Below, one piece after another: positions 59,201 through 64,000 of a stretch of DNA of 64,000 bases; the stretch's first letter is position 1; the number at the start of each line of letters is the position of its first letter. This DNA is from Macrostomum lignano (Eukaryota), in NCBI GenBank assembly GCA_002269645.1, contig NIVC01000599.1:29393-93392 (forward strand). The letters are read 5' to 3'. Both the position numbers and the translations under genes were made by a program. A model generated the notes under the pieces. The model saw only the letters and a list, made by a program, of their open reading frames with translations. It did not search any database and had not been told where the DNA came from.

Positions 59201-60139
59201 ACCATATCAATACGTGGTTCAAGGTCATTTGTCCAGGCGCGAACCATGTCACGCATTCGGTGCATGTTTAATTGTAACTTATCAACAAACGACTTCTGCG
59301 GAAAGAGACAGGCAAAAAGATCATACCATACTCTCTGATCTTAGTTCAAGGTCGATCATCAAAATGCGCGCAAGAGCATGCATCCCGTTCGTGTTTCAAG
59401 GTCATTTGACAGAAATTAACCACATCAGTACGTGATTCAAGGTCATTTGTCCGTGCGCAAACCATGTCACGCATTCTGTGCCTGTTTAGTTGTAATTTAT
59501 CTACAAACCAGCCCGACGGAAAGAGAAAAGCAAAATGATCATACCAAACTCTCTGATGTTAGTTCAAGGTCATTTGACAGAAATTAACCATATCAGTACG
59601 TGATTCAAGGTCATTTGTCCAGGCGCGAACCATGTCACGCATTCGGTGCGTGTTCAATTAATTTTAAGTATCAACAAACGAGCCCCGCAACTTGCTGCTC
59701 ATCGCCATCCAACCTCAGATACTGCGGATCCCGCTGTCAGCGCTTGAACTGGCCGGTGCACAAGCCCGAATGCGCCAAGCTCCGCCAGCAGCGACTCAAA
59801 GACGAAGCCAACAACGCGTCGGACGCGGCCGAGGCTGCGGCGAAAGCTGAACTGGCCGCCAGCGAGGCGCGCTCCGAAGCCGACGCCGCTCGGGCCGCCG
59901 CTAAGGAGGCGCGGCAACGCGCAGACGAAGCGCGAGCGCTCGCCGAAGCGGCCGAATCCGAGGCGACCAGCGCTGAATCGGCGGCCGAAGCGGCCGAGGC
60001 CAAAGCGGAACGCGCTGAACGTGCGGCGGCTAAGGCGCGGTCGAAGGTGCCCAGCGGCGGCAAAGGCGGCGGCATCAAAGACGGCGGCGGGGATCGGGAA
60101 AGCGCCGAGTTAGCGGTCGAACCGCAGGAGCAGGACTGA
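56276..60139 (+). CDS. ANKMY2: Ankyrin repeat and MYND domain protein 2 (DAF-25 ortholog-like), at least 4 exons
   Basis: Exons 56315-56783, 57408-57661, 58334-58626 and 59719-60139 (phases 1, 0, 2). Motifs DDQGMTPLLHAAFK, HEHGYTALMFAALS, GRTASQMAAFVG, GLETEPKLP, DLNEVLSIK, and MYND CEVC...CAGCRVV|KYCGSRCQRLNWPVHKPEC. The start is either the in-frame ATG at 56276 or an unseen upstream exon spliced to 56315. Confidence 0.92.
56825..57355 (+). repeat. 51-bp minisatellite x~10.5 filling ANKMY2 intron 1
   Basis: CATGAATGCAGTGCGTGATTCAAGGTCACTTGTCAATGCTCTTACTCCAAG; the 17-aa periodic ORFs follow from this period. Confidence 0.95.
57735..58300 (+). repeat. 29-bp minisatellite x~19 filling ANKMY2 intron 2
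   Basis: ATCCATAGTGTTCTACGATAAGCGCT(G/A)CT, near-identical units. Confidence 0.97.
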
Positions 60140-60904
60140 GACCAGCTGCTCCCGTGCTCACAGATAGCTACCTGGTATTTTAGCACCTGTTCCCTTGACA
60201 CAGCTGTCAGACATTGTCCTGTGACAGCAGTTGTTGACGCGATGACGTTTATTTGTTTCTAATCCTAGTCTCACAGTCCAATCCATTTAGCTTGATTTTG
60301 TATTCTTCAATCCTATTAATTCCATTTGCGATTTCATATTTCATAAAGCTGATGTCGGCTTAGTCGGAAGAAATGGGGAAAACAGCTCGCAAGGTTAGCT
60401 TGATTGGCATCCTGGCGCAACGTCTTACTGAGCACTCACTCCGTCGCTGTACTTCAGTAAGCTATTTACTAATTAGTTTTGTTGCTATGTCGCCAGGTGC
60501 GTCATTAGCAACCTATAGTGTACATGTATTGATAAATTAGTATTTGCTATCCTGACAGCTTTGCTTTTCAGATTCGAGTATTGACTTTTTGTTTGATATA
60601 TGATTTCTGATTTGTTTTTGTATTTGTTGTTTCATTATACACAGACTACAGGTATAGAGAATAGAAGAATAGATTTGTCTCCGGCTAGTGACCCAGGCTA
60701 TGCTGACTGTTGTTTTTGATCAATGTTAAAAAATTAAATTCTTAACTTGCTTTTGTCTTTCTGCATTTTAATACACCTACAGAGACTTTAGTATTTGTGA
60801 TTTGCATCACGTGACCTGCGCCAGCCAATCAGAAGCACGGATTTGTCAGACAGATCATGCCGTTAGCTATATGCCTTAATGGGGCTGCGCCCGTTTATTG
60901 TATA

Positions 60905-61195
60905 CACCGTTTGATTTGAGTGAATAGGTGCCATTTCATTTGAGTGAATTGGTGCCATTTGATTTGAGTGAATTAGTGCCATTTCATTTGAGTGAATTGG
61001 TGCCATTTGATTTGAGTGAATTGGTGCCATTTCATTTGAGTGAACCGGTGCCATTTGATTTGAGTGAATTGGTGCCATTTCATTTGAGTGAGGGGCGCCA
61101 TTTCATTTGAGTGAGGGGCGCCATTTCATTTGAGTGAGGGGCGCCATTTCATTTGAGTGAGGGCGCCATTTCATTTGAGTGAGGGGCGCCATTTC
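60905..61195. repeat. 23-24-bp minisatellite GCCATTT(C/G)ATTTGAGTGAATTGGT grading into a GAGGGGC variant
   Basis: About 12 units. Confidence 0.92.
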
Positions 61196-63289
61196 TCCCT
61201 AATAAGAAGCATCTGTACGATTGAAGTTTCGGTGTCATAAAAAAGCCGCCTTGTGAAATAATGTTTGCGTTGGTGGGTATGTGCGATGATGGGCTCGTTA
61301 CTCCCTTCCTCGAAGCTCTAGAATGCTTAGAAGCTGGAATACCTCCTGTGCGGATCTGGACAAACTTCTTAGCTCGTCGCCTCTAAGCCTTGGGCAAAAT
61401 TTGCGAATGAGTCATGGCGCTCTCAGCTACTCTCGCTAATTGCTGAAACTAATGAGGTGAGCAGTTTATTTTGCATTGATGAGGCACGCCCAGCTTCTTG
61501 CACTACACTACCCTCATTATGCACGGCTTGTAAAACAGAAGGAGATCGGAGGTTTTCAGTTTAGTCGGGCATAAAACTCTAAATTACTGTTTCTGTAATT
61601 TAAGTAATAAATTAAGTAGTATTGTAAGTAAAATGCTTAAATTAACTTCATGCAGGCACTGATATTAGAATAACTAGATAGGCCACTCAGGCATATATAC
61701 TTAGCAAAACAGCTTTCTACTTTCAGTTCAGTAGCAATGAAGAATACGTAAGCTATTTTATCAAAATAAAGGCGGCTGAAATGACTTTAATAAGTTTAGA
61801 AGCCCAAGCTTGCAAGTTAATTAACCACTGAAATGTACATGGCAGATTTAGGCTGGAACAGCCGAGGAAGGTAATAAAAATTGGGTGGCGGGCAGGGGTA
61901 GAGGTTCTGTGTGGAGTTTGAGGGTTTAAGCTTGGGGGATAAAAGCCAATAAGTACATGTAAGCCTTGTATTTAAAATACATTAAAATGCTACAGTTTAA
62001 CTTACTACTGAACTGAAAGTAGCTTGCACGCAAATGTGCTGAGTGGCACATCTATAGCTATTCTGGTATCTGTGCACGCAGTTTGTATGACCTATACGAG
62101 CGTACAATCAGTATTTCTTAAGGGAAAATGATTTTTAACGCAAAAATGCATCCTGGCCTAAGATATCAGATCCTCTGTGAGCTTTGGCTCAAAGCATCTG
62201 AGCAACTCCCACTCAGCAATTCCCTCCCGTGAGCCTTGACATCTCAGCAATACCCCCGTGAGCCTTGACATCTCAGCAATACCCCCGTGAGCCTTGACAT
62301 CCTCCCATCTCGACAGTGCATTTTTCAATGAAAACAGGGTTCGAGCAGCTGCATTCTACTTCAGCTATCTATGCTACTAACTTTCAGTCAGTCAGTAGTA
62401 TTTACGAAATGTTTTATTATACTCGTAGTTTTCATTCATTGTTCCCAGCATCCAGCTGATGAAGATTCAGATTTTCGTCTTTAGGAGGAGTCATTTGCTT
62501 GCAATCCCCCGCCCGCCTCCCAGCAGCCTCCGCAGGCCTAAAATTGCAATAAAGATATTTCAAACCGAAGATGCAGCCTGCAGCTCTCAGCAACAAAGGG
62601 CTGCATCAGATGTCGCCAGGGGGGCTGGGGTTGGGGTATTAAAGCTGCCTAAATGCGGGAGAAATGAGAAAATGCATTTTTTTTCATAAAATTCCCAAAT
62701 GGAGACAGACATCTTTGCCTCATCCTCAGAGAGCCTGTTTAGCCCAGCCCCCATCCCAGAAAGCAGCAAGTGCAGGAGAAAAAGCAGCGTCATATTGCTT
62801 TTAGCGATCCCCACTTGTTAGCTCAGGTAGCTATAGCTATTGCTTGAGTCCTTTGGGCTCGGCCTGCATTCATTGCCCTGTCTGGCTTTTGCGATATTGC
62901 AACTTTGCGATGGCGAACGGGTCTGCCAGCCTCTCTGCACTGGGATCCTGCATGGAAGCCGGGATATTTTCCCCGAACCCATTTACTCTAATGCATGCGG
63001 CCCGCCTCCAGCGCTGCATCGGATGCGCGCGCCGTCAATTCTGCTTTAGTGCAGGCCAGCGCTCCACCTCAGCCTACCTGTGCTCTGGCCTCGGCTTATT
63101 CCCAAAAATACTTTCAATTTCCATCCATTCCTGCCAGGCAATTTCTTGCATTCAAATCAACAAATTATCGGGTTTGGTTTCTTCGGGCGTGAGCGCCTGC
63201 TGAATTGTCAGGTGGAGCGGTCCTGAAGGCAGAAGGCGATCTCTGATGTAGTGCTGTGGGGCCACAGAAACTACTCACATGGCAAATCC

Positions 63290-63890
63290 TTTAGCTCACA
63301 TTCAATGGCACAACCTAGTTCATGTAAACACTCTGTGGAGTACTCTAGTTCATGTAAACACTCTGTGGAGCACTCTATAGTTCATGTAAACACTCTGTGG
63401 AGCACTCTAGCTCAATCAACAGCACACTCTAGCTCACACACCAACAGCACACTTTAGTTCACACCCAACAGCACACTCTAGCTCACACCCAACAGCACAC
63501 TCTAGTTCACACCAACAGCACACTCTAGCTTCACACCCAACAGCACACTTAGTTCACACCCAACAGCACACTCTAGCTCACACCCAACAGCACACTCTAG
63601 TTCACACCCAACAGCACACTCTAGTTCACACCAACAGCACACTCTAGTTCACACCCAACAGCACACTCTAGTTCACACCCAACAGCACACTCTAGTTCAC
63701 ACCCAACAGCACACTCTAGTTCACACACAACAGCACACTCTAGCTCAAACCCAACAGCACACTTTAGTTCACACCACAGCACACTCTAGTTCACAACCCA
63801 ACAGCACACGCTCTAGTTCACAGCCAACAGCACACTCTAGCTCACACCCAACAGCACACTCTAGTTCACACCCAACAGCACACTCTAGAG
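63290..63890. repeat. 24-bp minisatellite CACACTCTAGTTCACACCCAACAG, ~20 units, preceded by related 29-bp units
   Basis: Period 23-24. Confidence 0.95.
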
Positions 63891-64000
63891 TTGCATGAGT
63901 GCTTTCACATTTGGTTGACAGCAGCAAAACAACACACGGCTGTCAATCGCACCAAGACTGGCAAAATTGAGTCCGTCAATTTTATATATAGCAGTTTTTT

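Noticed and set aside
62459-63203. GC-richer segment with several 65-119-aa ORFs
   Set aside because: No recognisable domain, stops in the alternative frames, and no consistent exon structure. It could be a UTR or a decayed element.

Overview
This window is repeat-rich animal (invertebrate) genomic DNA with GC-rich exons and spliceosomal introns. A free-living flatworm such as Macrostomum is a plausible source, but that is inference. Five host genes can be reconstructed with frame-consistent GT-AG exons: GPR89/GPHR (+), a 3-exon globin (-), a class A peptide-type GPCR (-), GHITM (-) and ANKMY2 (+). The rest is transposon debris and minisatellites. These include a gypsy-gag/LINE-endonuclease chimera, two elements with 9-bp TSDs (MULE-like), three tRNA-derived SINEs and several MITEs. 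A 10.7-kb Foldback/NOF-like element, nested in a hAT-like MITE, has inverted arms built from 187-bp satellite units. It carries an intact 5-exon ORF (NOF/MULE N-terminus + Ulp1 SUMO protease + PHD finger) that appears to have lost its DDE core in frame. The most unusual signal is a pair of ~275-bp hAT-type MITEs, each with its own perfect 8-bp TSD. Both carry a 64-nt copy of the conserved 28S rDNA R2/I-PpoI target region, altered mainly at the cleavage site. Several minisatellites are arrays of recognisable transcription-factor motifs, including an RFX X-box array ending 11 bp before the GPR89 ATG. All coordinates and alignments were done by eye.
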